NCBI GenBank assembly: GCA_965224245.1
Contig: OZ245046.1
Span: 3,616,001 to 3,680,000 of the forward strand
From: Candidatus Eiseniibacteriota bacterium
GTDB taxonomy: Bacteria; Eisenbacteria; RBG-16-71-46; CAZAMP01
Length of the DNA stretch: 64,000 nucleotides
Direction of reading: 5' to 3'
The translations under genes and the position numbers were made by a program. The notes under the pieces were generated by a model. It saw only the letters and a list, made by a program, of their open reading frames with translations. It had not been told where the DNA came from and made no database searches. This document shows positions 21,707-31,834 of this stretch, in pieces; within the stretch, counting starts at the first letter, position 1, and every line of letters begins with the position of its first letter.

Positions 21707-23838
21707 AGGAGATCGATCGGATCCATGTCGACCGTCAGCCGGACCCCGGCGAAGCGTCGCTTCTCGCCCTCGAACCACGCCATCGCGGTGGACGCCGCCG
21801 CCGCGAGCCTCGCGTGCTTGGGCGCCTGGAGCGCCAGGTGCCATCGGTACTTCCCCTTCAATCGGCTCAACGGCTGGGGCGCCGGGCCGAGCCGTCCGAC
21901 CGAGCCGCCCTCGCCACCGACCGTGGCCAGCACGTGATCGATCGCGTCCGCGGCCGCCATCACGCGCTCCTCGTTCGCGCCGTCGAAGAGCAGGTTGGCC
22001 ATGCGCGTGAACGGTGGATACCCGAGCTCGCGACGGACGCGCAACTCCATCGCGAAGAACTCCTCGAAGTCCTGCGCGGCCGCCGACGTCAGCGCGTAGT
22101 GCTCGGGATAGTACGACTGCAGGACGACCTCGCCGGGCTTGTCGCCCCGGCCGGCGCGGCCGGCGACCTGGGTCAGGAGCTGGAACGTGCGCTCGGCGCT
22201 GCGGAAGTCCGGCATGTTGAGACCGGAGTCGGCGTTGATGACGCCCACCAGCGTGACGTTGGGAAAGTCCAGCCCCTTGGCGACCATCTGGGTCCCCAGG
22301 AGGATGTCGGCCTCGCCCTTTCCGAACGCCTTGAGGATCTTCTGATAGCTGCCGCGCGTGCGCGTGGTGTCGGTGTCGAGCCGCAAGACGCGTGCTCGCG
22401 GGAACAGCACGCCGAGCTCGTCCTCGACCCGTTCGGTTCCGATGCCGCCGAAGTTGAGCCGGAGCGAGCCGCAGGTCTCGCAGGCGCTCACGTGCTCCCG
22501 CGTCGTCCCGCAGTAGTGGCACACGAGCGCGCTCGTGCGACGATGGTACGTGAGCGACACGTCGCACTGCGTGCACGTCATCGTGACCCCGCAGTGCCGG
22601 CACTGCACGAACGGCGCGTACCCCCTCCGGTTCAGGAACAGGATCACCTGATCGCCCTGCCACAGCCGGTCCGCGACCTTCTTGGCCAGCGATCGACACA
22701 GGATGGGTCGCCGCTTCTCGACGCGCCCCGAATCGCCCAGTCCGAACGGTCCGTGGGCGTCCCGCTTCTCGTCCAGCCGGAGGTCCTCGCAGCGCACGGT
22801 CGCGCGCGCTCGGTTGTCGATGCGCTCGGGCAGCGTCAGGAGTCGGTACTTGCCGCGCTTGGCGTTCGCGAAGCTCTCCAGCGACGGCGTGGCGCTCCCC
22901 AGCACGACGGTGGCGCCGGCGTGAGACGCACGCACGATGGCGACCTCGCGCGCGTGGTAGCGGGGCGTGTCGGACTGCTTGTACGTCCCCTCGTTCTCCT
23001 CGTCCACGATGACCAGACGGAGATCGGGGAGCGGCGTGAACACCGCCGAGCGCGCCCCCACGGCAACGGCCAGCTCGCCGGTGCGGGCGTGTCGCCAGGC
23101 GTCCTGTCGAGCCCGCTTGGTGAGCCCGCTGTGGAAGACGCCCACCCGATCGCCGAAGGCGAGACGGAAACGCTCGACGACCTGAAACGACAGCGCGATC
23201 TCGGGCACGAGGATCAGGACCTGGCCACCCTCGGCCACCGCATGCTCGGAGGCGCGGACGTAGACCTCGGTCTTCCCGCTGCCGGTGACGCCGTACAGGA
23301 GGTGGGTGGCGAAGGTGCGGGACGCGATCGTGTCGGTGATCGCGTCCACCGCGCTCGTCTGATCGGACGTCAGGCGAGCCGGCTCGGTCGCGAGTCCGAG
23401 CGTCTCGGGCGCCCGGTACGGACGGGCGCGACGCGACTCGGTCCGCAGGCCGCCCGGCAGAGCCGTCATCAGCACGTCCCCCAGCGAGGCGACGTAGTAC
23501 TCGGCCACCCAGCGCGCGAGCTTCAGGATGGCGGCGTCGAACACGGGCTCGGGATACGTGACCGCCGCGATCGCCTTCAGCCGGGCGCTCGGGATGTCGG
23601 TCTCGTGACGAAACCCGACGACGAACCCGGGGCTCCGGCCGCGTCCGAAAGGCACCTCGACCTGACTTCCCTGGGCCACGCGGCCCCGGAGGTCGGCGGG
23701 AATCCGGTACGTGAAGAGCTGCGGCAGCGGCCTCGGAACCGCGACCTCGGCGAACGGGGCGTCCACGTCCGCGGTCGCCTCCGGACCACACTCGTCGCCG
23801 CCGGTGGCGGTGGCGGACATCCGATCGGTCTTCGACAA
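21703..23838 (-). CDS. priA: Primosomal protein N' (replication restart helicase)
   Basis: GVTGSGKTEVY, LVPEIAL, DEE, LNRRGY, four CxxC pairs, GTQMVAKGLDFP, QVAGRAGR. Confidence 0.97.
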   Translation of the reverse strand: MSKTDRMSATATGGDECGPEATADVDAPFAEVAVPRPLPQLFTYRIPADLRGRVAQGSQVEVPFGRGRSPGFVVGFRHETDIPSARLKAIAAVTYPEPVFDAAILKLARWVAEYYVASLGDVLMTALPGGLRTESRRARPYRAPETLGLATEPARLTSDQTSAVDAITDTIASRTFATHLLYGVTGSGKTEVYVRASEHAVAEGGQVLILVPEIALSFQVVERFRLAFGDRVGVFHSGLTKRARQDAWRHARTGELAVAVGARSAVFTPLPDLRLVIVDEENEGTYKQSDTPRYHAREVAIVRASHAGATVVLGSATPSLESFANAKRGKYRLLTLPERIDNRARATVRCEDLRLDEKRDAHGPFGLGDSGRVEKRRPILCRSLAKKVADRLWQGDQVILFLNRRGYAPFVQCRHCGVTMTCTQCDVSLTYHRRTSALVCHYCGTTREHVSACETCGSLRLNFGGIGTERVEDELGVLFPRARVLRLDTDTTRTRGSYQKILKAFGKGEADILLGTQMVAKGLDFPNVTLVGVINADSGLNMPDFRSAERTFQLLTQVAGRAGRGDKPGEVVLQSYYPEHYALTSAAAQDFEEFFAMELRVRRELGYPPFTRMANLLFDGANEERVMAAADAIDHVLATVGGEGGSVGRLGPAPQPLSRLKGKYRWHLALQAPKHARLAAAASTAMAWFEGEKRRFAGVRLTVDMDPIDLL

Positions 23839-24035
23839 GATGGACCTCGATCGACGCAGGAGCCGGGGACGGCGCTCGGGGCGCCCGGCCGCCGGTTGGC
23901 GCCCGTCAGGGACGGCGTCCGTGCGGGCGCGGCGCGGGCGACGGCCAGTATAGGGAACCGATGCCGGCGCGGTCGAGTTTGCCTGTGCATGCCCGCGGCG
24001 TGGGCCGTGCTAGGCTCCCCGGTCGGAGGATACCC

Positions 24036-24698
24036 ATGCAGCACCTCGCGCGGCGGCGGTTCCGAGCCGCCGCACCCATCGCGGCCGCGGCCGCGCTGGT
24101 CGCCATCGCCCTCTCGCCCGCGCTCGGGGATGAGCCCGCCGAGCCCGAGCCTCGCCTGTCGTTCCACATCGTCGACGCCTCCACGCCCGAGTGTGAGGTC
24201 ACCGGCGATCACCTGACGTGCGCCGACATCCGCACGATGGGACACGCGGGCACCGCGCAGCGGCTGTACGTGATCGTCACCGGGGTACCCTCGCTCTACA
24301 GCGTGCAGTTCGGCATCGACTACGACGACGGCGTGACGCTCGGACGCTGGACGCCGTGCATCTCGGGGCTCGAGCAGGCAACCGAGTCATGGCCCGAGCG
24401 GAAGTCGGGGCTGGGCATGATCTGGACACGCTGCCTCGAGCCGCGGGGACCCGACGGCATGATCGTGCTCGGGTACATCGACGTGCCGCCGACCGCGTGG
24501 GGGCGCGTGTGGTTCACGCACTACATGGCCGCGGTGGACGCCAGTGCCATGATCTGCCAGGACTCCGCGACGCCCACGATCCCCATCCTGTCTCCCGAGG
24601 AGCAGGGCATGGTCCGCGTGCACGGCGTGCACCCCGGTCGGTGCGGCTGCCCCCCCGACGAGGCCCCCAGGGACGCGGCGGGCGAGAGCGAGGACTGA
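24036..24698 (+). CDS. Secreted Cys-containing hypothetical protein
   Basis: SD GGAGG; signal peptide MQHLARRRFRAAAPIAAAAALVAIALSPALG; beta-rich body. Confidence 0.7.
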   Translation: MQHLARRRFRAAAPIAAAAALVAIALSPALGDEPAEPEPRLSFHIVDASTPECEVTGDHLTCADIRTMGHAGTAQRLYVIVTGVPSLYSVQFGIDYDDGVTLGRWTPCISGLEQATESWPERKSGLGMIWTRCLEPRGPDGMIVLGYIDVPPTAWGRVWFTHYMAAVDASAMICQDSATPTIPILSPEEQGMVRVHGVHPGRCGCPPDEAPRDAAGESED

Positions 24699-24708
24699 CG
24701 CTCCCGCG

Positions 24709-25665
<957 letters not shown>

Positions 25666-25964
25666 ACGTTCCTCCTCGGTTCGAAGGGGCCGGCTCGGTC
25701 GCTGGCGTCGAGCTCGATCACGTCCCACGCTACGATGCCACGTCGGTTGCGGCGGCGCCAGTGGCACTGCGCGGTCGTCGGAACCGGTGTCGGGGTGTCT
25801 CGGGTGGACATCGAAGACCGGGGGTCCGAGTCCCGACGGAACGAAGGGCGGGCGGATCCCCGCGGCAGCCAGCCTGGCGCGGGAGGGCCTGCGCGACGCG
25901 CAGTGCCGACTGGACGGTGGTGCGCTCGCCGAACATGCGGGAAGCCGCCTTCGGACGAGGCGGC

Positions 25965-26645
25965 TCACGACCGAGGAAGCGGCGCCCGCACGGTCCAGAC
26001 TCCGATTCCCACCATCAGGACCAGCATCGTCACGAAGGCAGGAAACGAGCTCGAAAGATCGGCCCAGATCCGTCCGATCCCGGCCGCGCCCGGGAGAACG
26101 TGCAGAAAGAGCGTCTGAACGGGCAGCACCGCGTACACGAGCACGGCCGCGAACCTGATCCGCAACGACAGCAGCAGGCCCAGCCACACGATCGCGGATG
26201 CGTTGGTGAGGGCCCAGACGGAGACCGGTCCGTACACGTTCCACAGCAAGATGACGATCAGCGGCCAGGCGAGCATCGCCGGCCAGAGCGCGATGGCGAG
26301 CGTCGCCATCCTGACGAGGTTCAGCGACACCCGACCCAAGGGAAGGCTCGACCAGCACTCGAAGCGATTCGGAAGCGTGCTGCCCGCCAGACCGGATCCC
26401 ACCAGCAGTACGGGGAACACGCTGAGGACGAGACTGGCCATGTAGTTGAACGTGACGCCGGAGGGCTCGGCATCGGTGGGGACTCGTGACGTCACGGCTC
26501 CCAGCAGCGCCAGGGTCCCCGATCCCGAGGCGAGCACGGCAAGCTGCAACCACCAAAGCTGCCGAGCTTCGGCTCGGACCAGCGAACACGCCAGGGGCAA
26601 CCTCGGGGTGTCTTCATGCGAGCGGATCGAAGATACCGTCGTCAT
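25965..26645 (-). CDS. Integral membrane protein (putative ABC permease)
   Basis: About 6 hydrophobic segments; ATGA overlap with the upstream gene in a GntR-ABC operon. Confidence 0.65.
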   Translation of the reverse strand: MTTVSSIRSHEDTPRLPLACSLVRAEARQLWWLQLAVLASGSGTLALLGAVTSRVPTDAEPSGVTFNYMASLVLSVFPVLLVGSGLAGSTLPNRFECWSSLPLGRVSLNLVRMATLAIALWPAMLAWPLIVILLWNVYGPVSVWALTNASAIVWLGLLLSLRIRFAAVLVYAVLPVQTLFLHVLPGAAGIGRIWADLSSSFPAFVTMLVLMVGIGVWTVRAPLPRS

Positions 26646-27286
26646 CTCGGGCACCTATCCTGGAGACGAACACGAGCCGCGAGGACGCTCGGCATCCACA
26701 GCAGGATCAGGATGATCATGACCAGCGAGGGCCACGGAGTGGTCACCATCTCCAGCGGTCGCCGAAACGTCTCGTGACTGTGGGGCGGAAAGATCAGGAG
26801 CGGGAAGATCGCCGGCACGAGAGCTCGCCAGAATACGTTCACGCGCATGCTGTACATCTGGTACGCGATGAGCGCCAGACCGGTGAAGACGAACATCCAG
26901 CCGTGTAGCTGGATGCCGTGGCGCGGTAGCAGCCAGGCCAGGAGCAGCCACGCCGGCAGGCAGCACAGGAACACCGTGATGCCGTTGAGGAGCATGGACT
27001 CGTTGATCTGCCGGCGGCTGAGCGGCAGCACGAATCGCAGGGCCGTGTTGTGGGTGACTCCGAGTGTGAAGATGACCCAGGGTGCCATCGCGTAGAACAG
27101 CAGCAGCAGCAGCAGCTTGAGCCCGACGAAGCGATCCACGGCGAGCTCGGGACAGTCCTTGCAGCCGAGATCGTACAACGCGATGACCGCGATCACGGCA
27201 AACATCGCCCACCCCCCGATCAGGTAGTAGACGACGCGTCGCCAATCAGCGCCGATCATGTGCAGGAGTTCGGTCGTGCCGGCCAT
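26642..27286 (-). CDS. Integral membrane protein (putative ABC-2 permease)
   Basis: Hydrophobic segments, LPLSRRQI motif, SD GGGAGG. Confidence 0.7.
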   Translation of the reverse strand: MAGTTELLHMIGADWRRVVYYLIGGWAMFAVIAVIALYDLGCKDCPELAVDRFVGLKLLLLLLFYAMAPWVIFTLGVTHNTALRFVLPLSRRQINESMLLNGITVFLCCLPAWLLLAWLLPRHGIQLHGWMFVFTGLALIAYQMYSMRVNVFWRALVPAIFPLLIFPPHSHETFRRPLEMVTTPWPSLVMIILILLWMPSVLAARVRLQDRCPR

Positions 27287-28154
27287 GGACGCCTCCCTTC
27301 ATGATCTGTACGGCGATCTCCTCGAGGGTCATCGCCGAGGCCCTGACCGACTCGGCCCCCTTGGCGGCCAGGTCCTGGGCGGTCTCCTCGCCGCTGGACG
27401 AGACGATCTGATGGAATCGTCCCTGTCGGGTGTGCTCCACCAGCCCCCGGATGTCCTCGACCTCGCCCTCGAGCCGAAACTGAACCCGTCGCCATCGATC
27501 GATCAGCTCGTCCTTGCCCACGTGCAGCTGGATCCGGCCTTCCCGCAAGAACACGAGCTCGTCCGCCAGGCGGTGCAGATCGTCCAGGATGTGGGTGGAG
27601 TAGAGGATGGTCATCGATCCGGTCTCCAGCATCTCTGCGAGAACGTCGAACACCTCCGTGCGGACGACCGGATCGAGTCCCGCGGTCGGTTCGTCGAAGA
27701 GCGCGAGCCCGGGATGGTGTGCGAGGGCGATGACGAGCGACAGCTTCACGCGATTCCCGGTCGAGAGGCGCTTGATCGGCTTCGATAGATCCAGCTGAAA
27801 ACGCGCGGCCAGGCGTGCGGCCTGCTCGTGATCCCACTTCGGGTAGAATCGAGAGACGAGCGTCGAGAACGAGTGGCCGGTCATCCAGTCGTAGAAGACG
27901 GGTCGATCGGGAACGTACCCGACGACCTCCTTCCACGCGCCTTTCCACGGGTCGGCCGAAAGCCCACAGACACGGATTGCCCCCCGGTCGCGATCCAGGA
28001 CCCCCATGATCGTTCGCATCGTCGTCGTCTTGCCCGAGCCGTTCGGTCCGACCAAGCCGACGACCTTCCCCGAGTCGAGCTGCAGATCGAGAGGACCGAG
28101 CGTGAAGTCCCCCAGCTCGAGCCTCACGTCGGTCATGTCGAGAGCATGGATCAT
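27246..28154 (-). CDS. ABC transporter ATP-binding protein
   Basis: GPNGSGKTT, LSTGN, FDEPTAGLDP, STH. Confidence 0.93.
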   Translation of the reverse strand: MIHALDMTDVRLELGDFTLGPLDLQLDSGKVVGLVGPNGSGKTTTMRTIMGVLDRDRGAIRVCGLSADPWKGAWKEVVGYVPDRPVFYDWMTGHSFSTLVSRFYPKWDHEQAARLAARFQLDLSKPIKRLSTGNRVKLSLVIALAHHPGLALFDEPTAGLDPVVRTEVFDVLAEMLETGSMTILYSTHILDDLHRLADELVFLREGRIQLHVGKDELIDRWRRVQFRLEGEVEDIRGLVEHTRQGRFHQIVSSSGEETAQDLAAKGAESVRASAMTLEEIAVQIMKGGVHGRHDRTPAHDRR

Positions 28155-28564
28155 GGTGCGACCTCCTCCCGGTCGCGCTCGGGATCGTCGGGTCTGGACT
28201 CGAGCGCGCGACGGACGATTTCGAGGATCTGTTCCTTCGACAGCCCCAGGAGCTGCGCCTCCTCGAGTGGATCACCGAGGGCCTCGATGACCCGCTGGAT
28301 CGCACGTTCCCGGCGATCCGACTGATCGAGAGGCGCGACGTAGAAGCCTTTTCCTTGCCGCGCGTAGATCACTCCCTGACGCTCGAGCTCTTCGTAGGCG
28401 CGCTGCACGGTGATCACGCCGACTCGCTGCGTCATCGCGAGGCTTCTGATGGATGGGAGCTGGAAGTGTTCGGGAAGCTCTCCGCTGAGGATCATCTGCC
28501 GGACTCGGCGGACGATCTGCTCCCGAAGGGGGAACGGAGACATCTCGGACAGGGACAGCAGCAT
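28151..28564 (-). CDS. GntR family regulator (YtrA subfamily)
   Basis: PLREQI, LPSIRSLA, TVQRAYEELERQG, GKGFYV; short C-terminus; precedes an ABC ATPase. Confidence 0.93.
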   Translation of the reverse strand: MLLSLSEMSPFPLREQIVRRVRQMILSGELPEHFQLPSIRSLAMTQRVGVITVQRAYEELERQGVIYARQGKGFYVAPLDQSDRRERAIQRVIEALGDPLEEAQLLGLSKEQILEIVRRALESRPDDPERDREEVAP

Positions 28565-28577
28565 CGACTTGGTTCCT

Positions 28578-28604
28578 TACTGTATTCAGCAAGTATATAC
28601 AGTA
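28578..28604. promoter_or_regulatory. YtrA-type operator
   Basis: TACTGTAT...ATACAGTA inverted repeat, equal to TGTA-N13-TACA, just upstream of the gntR gene. Confidence 0.75.
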
Positions 28605-28698
28605 GATACGGACGGCGCAAGCCCCGGTTTCACCCGTAACCCCCGGGCGCTAGGGAGGCCCGAGCCGATGTCGATGCAAGCCAATGTTTCAAAATGGG

Positions 28699-30099
28699 TT
28701 ACGGGAAGGGTCGAATCTCGGTCACCTTTCGATAGCGCACGCTCTGGTCGGCACGCGGGTCCGAGCCGGCCTCGACGAGCACGAGCTCGATCCGGGATGG
28801 GTATCCCGCCGGATACTCCACCCACGCGTCGAACTCGCCCTCGGGCCCCGCATCGATCCAGCTCGCCAGCTCGCCATCGGCGAGGACGCCGAGGAAGCGG
28901 CCTCGCTCCAGCGTGCCTCGCAGCCGTACCGCGAGCGACGTCCACCGCACCTCGCCCAGTACGAGCGGACGACTCACGAACGTCATCGCCGTCCACACGT
29001 CGCCGGCGCGATCCACGTGCACGCCGATGCCGACGTCCGTCCAGTCCTCGTGGAGCATGTTGCGACGATGGGCCGGGCTGGCCAGGAACTGCTCGTGCAC
29101 CGACCGCGCGCTCGAGCCCCGGGCGAGGTTCTCGCCCATCACCAGGTCCCCTCCCCCGCACGCCGCCCATCGATCGCGCACGTCACGCCCGGCGCGGTCG
29201 ATGTGCGCCAGGTGGTCCAGGCGCTGCATGGTGTCGGCGTAGCGACGCGAGCACTCCGCGAGGTCGGTGTCCCACCGGACGATGCCCACGCCCGCGTCCT
29301 GCCGTGCGTCGTTCAGAAGTGCGTGCAGAACGCGAGCGATCTCGGTGCGGTCCCGCGTCGCATCGGCGTTCCGCCCGGCGTCCCGAGGCGCCGACGGCGT
29401 CCCGCCGACGCGGACCCGGGCCAGCGCGAGCACCTCGGGGCCGAACTCCAGCGACCCCATGACCTCGATGTCGTAGGTGCCCGCGTCCGGAAACGCGATC
29501 TCGGCTCCCCAGATCGGCCTGGCGCCCTCGAGCGGGACGTCCACGACGGCACCGGACGGCTGCGTGACGAGGAGCTCCAGCGCGTCGAGGTCCGTCATGG
29601 CCTCGAGCGCGATCGTCACCGACTCGCCGGGCAGAATCGCATCCAGTGACCCGACGAGACGGACGCGGCGCGCGGAGGCGAGGACGACGTAGAGATCGGT
29701 CCCTCGAACCTCGGGATCGGGCTCTCGGGCCAGCCCGACCCGATCCAGTCGCCCATCGGAGAAGATCCGATCCAGATCGCCCGACGCGAACGACAGCCCC
29801 TCTTGCAGCGAGGCGGCATTCATCGTGAACGAGACCAGGGGCTGATCGGGGATGCCGCGCTCGCGGACGAACTCCGCGACGTGACGGCGGATGCCTTCTC
29901 GCTGGTCGCGCGGCGCGAGAACGAGGCGGTCCACGAGGGCGGCGGCGATCGTCGAGAGATCGCGGTCCACGACGAGGTGCCCCGATCGGGCGCGCGCCTC
30001 GAGCCCGCGGTACCGGAGGAACGCGTCCGACCAGTCGGGCACGCCGCTCCCGTCCGCGGACGCGGGGAGGGGGGCGAGGCTCAGGGAGCCGAGGACCAT
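28699..30099 (-). CDS. Secreted CAP (SCP-like) domain protein
   Basis: LNDARQDAG, MGENLA, SPAHRRNML, VGIG; start uncertain (ORF open to 30291). Confidence 0.8.
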   Translation of the reverse strand: MVLGSLSLAPLPASADGSGVPDWSDAFLRYRGLEARARSGHLVVDRDLSTIAAALVDRLVLAPRDQREGIRRHVAEFVRERGIPDQPLVSFTMNAASLQEGLSFASGDLDRIFSDGRLDRVGLAREPDPEVRGTDLYVVLASARRVRLVGSLDAILPGESVTIALEAMTDLDALELLVTQPSGAVVDVPLEGARPIWGAEIAFPDAGTYDIEVMGSLEFGPEVLALARVRVGGTPSAPRDAGRNADATRDRTEIARVLHALLNDARQDAGVGIVRWDTDLAECSRRYADTMQRLDHLAHIDRAGRDVRDRWAACGGGDLVMGENLARGSSARSVHEQFLASPAHRRNMLHEDWTDVGIGVHVDRAGDVWTAMTFVSRPLVLGEVRWTSLAVRLRGTLERGRFLGVLADGELASWIDAGPEGEFDAWVEYPAGYPSRIELVLVEAGSDPRADQSVRYRKVTEIRPFP

Positions 30100-30262
30100 C
30101 GGCGCGATGCCGGCAAGCGCGAGCCGGGCGGCGACCGAGCGCCGAACGCGCCCGCGCGCGGTGCCGTCGCACCGGGTTCCCCGTCCGGCTACACTGCGCG
30201 CTCGGATGCGTCGCGGGACGGGCCGAACGGCGCCGCGACGCCGCGATGACGGGGAGGCGCTC

Positions 30263-31834
30263 GTGCGATCGGTTTCGGTCATGACCGTCATGGTGATCCT
30301 CGTGGTGGCCTCGTGTCTCTACCTGCCGATCCTGCTCGTGCCGCTCGGTCGTGACCAGGCCATCTTCGCGCTGGTGGGCCGGACGATCCTGGAGGGCGGA
30401 GCGCCGTATCGCGATGCGTTCGACTTCAAGCCGCCGGGGGTCCACCTCGCGTACGCCGCCGCGCTCGCCGTGTTCGGCCGCGCGCCCTGGAGCCCGCTCG
30501 TCCTGGACGCTCTCGCGACTCTCATCGGCTCGTTCTTCCTGTTTCGCCTGCTCCAACCATCGGGGCGGCCGGGCGCCATCACCGCGGCGTTGGTCTACGT
30601 CGTCGTCTCCGCCACCGAGCTGCGGTACTGGGACCTGGCCCAGCCCGAGGGGCTGTCGGTCCCGCTCGTTCTGGGTGCTCTCCTCGCCTGGAGACGCGTG
30701 AACCGTGCGGGAGCGCTGACGGCCGGGGTCGCGATCGGTGCCGCCACGCTCCTCAAGTACCCGGCACTGGGCGCGCTCGCGCTGCTGTGGCTCGTGCCGC
30801 GCGCGACGGCCGGCGAACCGGCACCACCGCGATGGCTTCGAATCGCCTGGACGGGCGTCGGCCTCCTGTGCCCGATCGGCGGCGTGGTGATCTGGCTGGC
30901 CCTCCGGGGCGCGCTGGGGGACTTCGTCGAGATCCAGACCGACTATCTCCCCGGATACAGTCGTCTCATCCAGCTCGCCGGCGCGGGCCGGGCGATCTCC
31001 GACGCGGTGCGGCTGGCCGCCGACTTCCTCGGGGCTCGCCCCCTCGTGTGGATTCCACCGGTGGTGACGTTGCCCTGGCTGCTGCGGAACCGGTGTCTCG
31101 GCCGCACCCGCTGGCTTCCCGCCGGCGGCGTCCTACTGGGGCTCGTGGGCGCTGCGCTCCAGGGCAAGTTCTTTCACTACCACTGGATCCCGCTCCTCCC
31201 GTTCGCGGCGATGGGCACGGGGCTCGGTCTGCAGTCGATGCTGGCGGGCCGGTCGGGCGCGCGGGCCGGAGCCGGCGTGCTCGCCGGAGGAGGCTTGCTC
31301 CTGGCCGTGCTGGCGGCTTTCTCGGCGCGCCCGACCTGGCCGGAGCGGCGCGCGGCGCTCGAGGGGCTCGCGAGCCGGGCCAGCCGCTCCGAGATCGCCG
31401 GGGACGCCGCCTTCGGCGCGTTCGGCGGCGGCGACTACTCCCCCGGCGCGACGTACGCTGCGGCAGAGCGGCTGGCGGCCCTGACCCGCCCCGACGATCG
31501 CGTGTTCGTCTGGGGCTTCGAGCCCCTCCTCTACCTGGTGGCCGATCGGGCCCCGGCGAGCCGGTTCATCTACAATGCACCGCTCCTGAGCCCGTGGTGT
31601 CCCCACCCCTGGATCGATCGCACGCTCGCCGATCTCCGGCGGGACCCACCGGCCGCGATCGTGGTCGTAAGGAACGATGCCATTCCGTGGGTAACCGGGG
31701 TACCCTTCGACTCGGAGACCGCCCTCGGGTACTTCCCCGATCTCGCGCGTCTGATCCGCGCCGAGTACCGCCCGGCGGCCGAGGTCGAAGACTTCGTCAT
31801 CCTGACCCACATCCCCCGAGAGCCGCCGCGATGA
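30263..31834 (+). CDS. Membrane glycosyltransferase, GT-C (ArnT/GT39-like)
   Basis: SD GGGGAGG, GTG; RDQAIF, PYRDAFDFKPPG, QPE, KYP, FFHYHW; multiple TM segments. Confidence 0.8.
   Translation: MRSVSVMTVMVILVVASCLYLPILLVPLGRDQAIFALVGRTILEGGAPYRDAFDFKPPGVHLAYAAALAVFGRAPWSPLVLDALATLIGSFFLFRLLQPSGRPGAITAALVYVVVSATELRYWDLAQPEGLSVPLVLGALLAWRRVNRAGALTAGVAIGAATLLKYPALGALALLWLVPRATAGEPAPPRWLRIAWTGVGLLCPIGGVVIWLALRGALGDFVEIQTDYLPGYSRLIQLAGAGRAISDAVRLAADFLGARPLVWIPPVVTLPWLLRNRCLGRTRWLPAGGVLLGLVGAALQGKFFHYHWIPLLPFAAMGTGLGLQSMLAGRSGARAGAGVLAGGGLLLAVLAAFSARPTWPERRAALEGLASRASRSEIAGDAAFGAFGGGDYSPGATYAAAERLAALTRPDDRVFVWGFEPLLYLVADRAPASRFIYNAPLLSPWCPHPWIDRTLADLRRDPPAAIVVVRNDAIPWVTGVPFDSETALGYFPDLARLIRAEYRPAAEVEDFVILTHIPREPPR

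Noticed and set aside
27098-27115. (CAG)6 microsatellite as a contingency locus
   Set aside because: In-frame poly-Leu in a transmembrane helix; length change would not switch frame.
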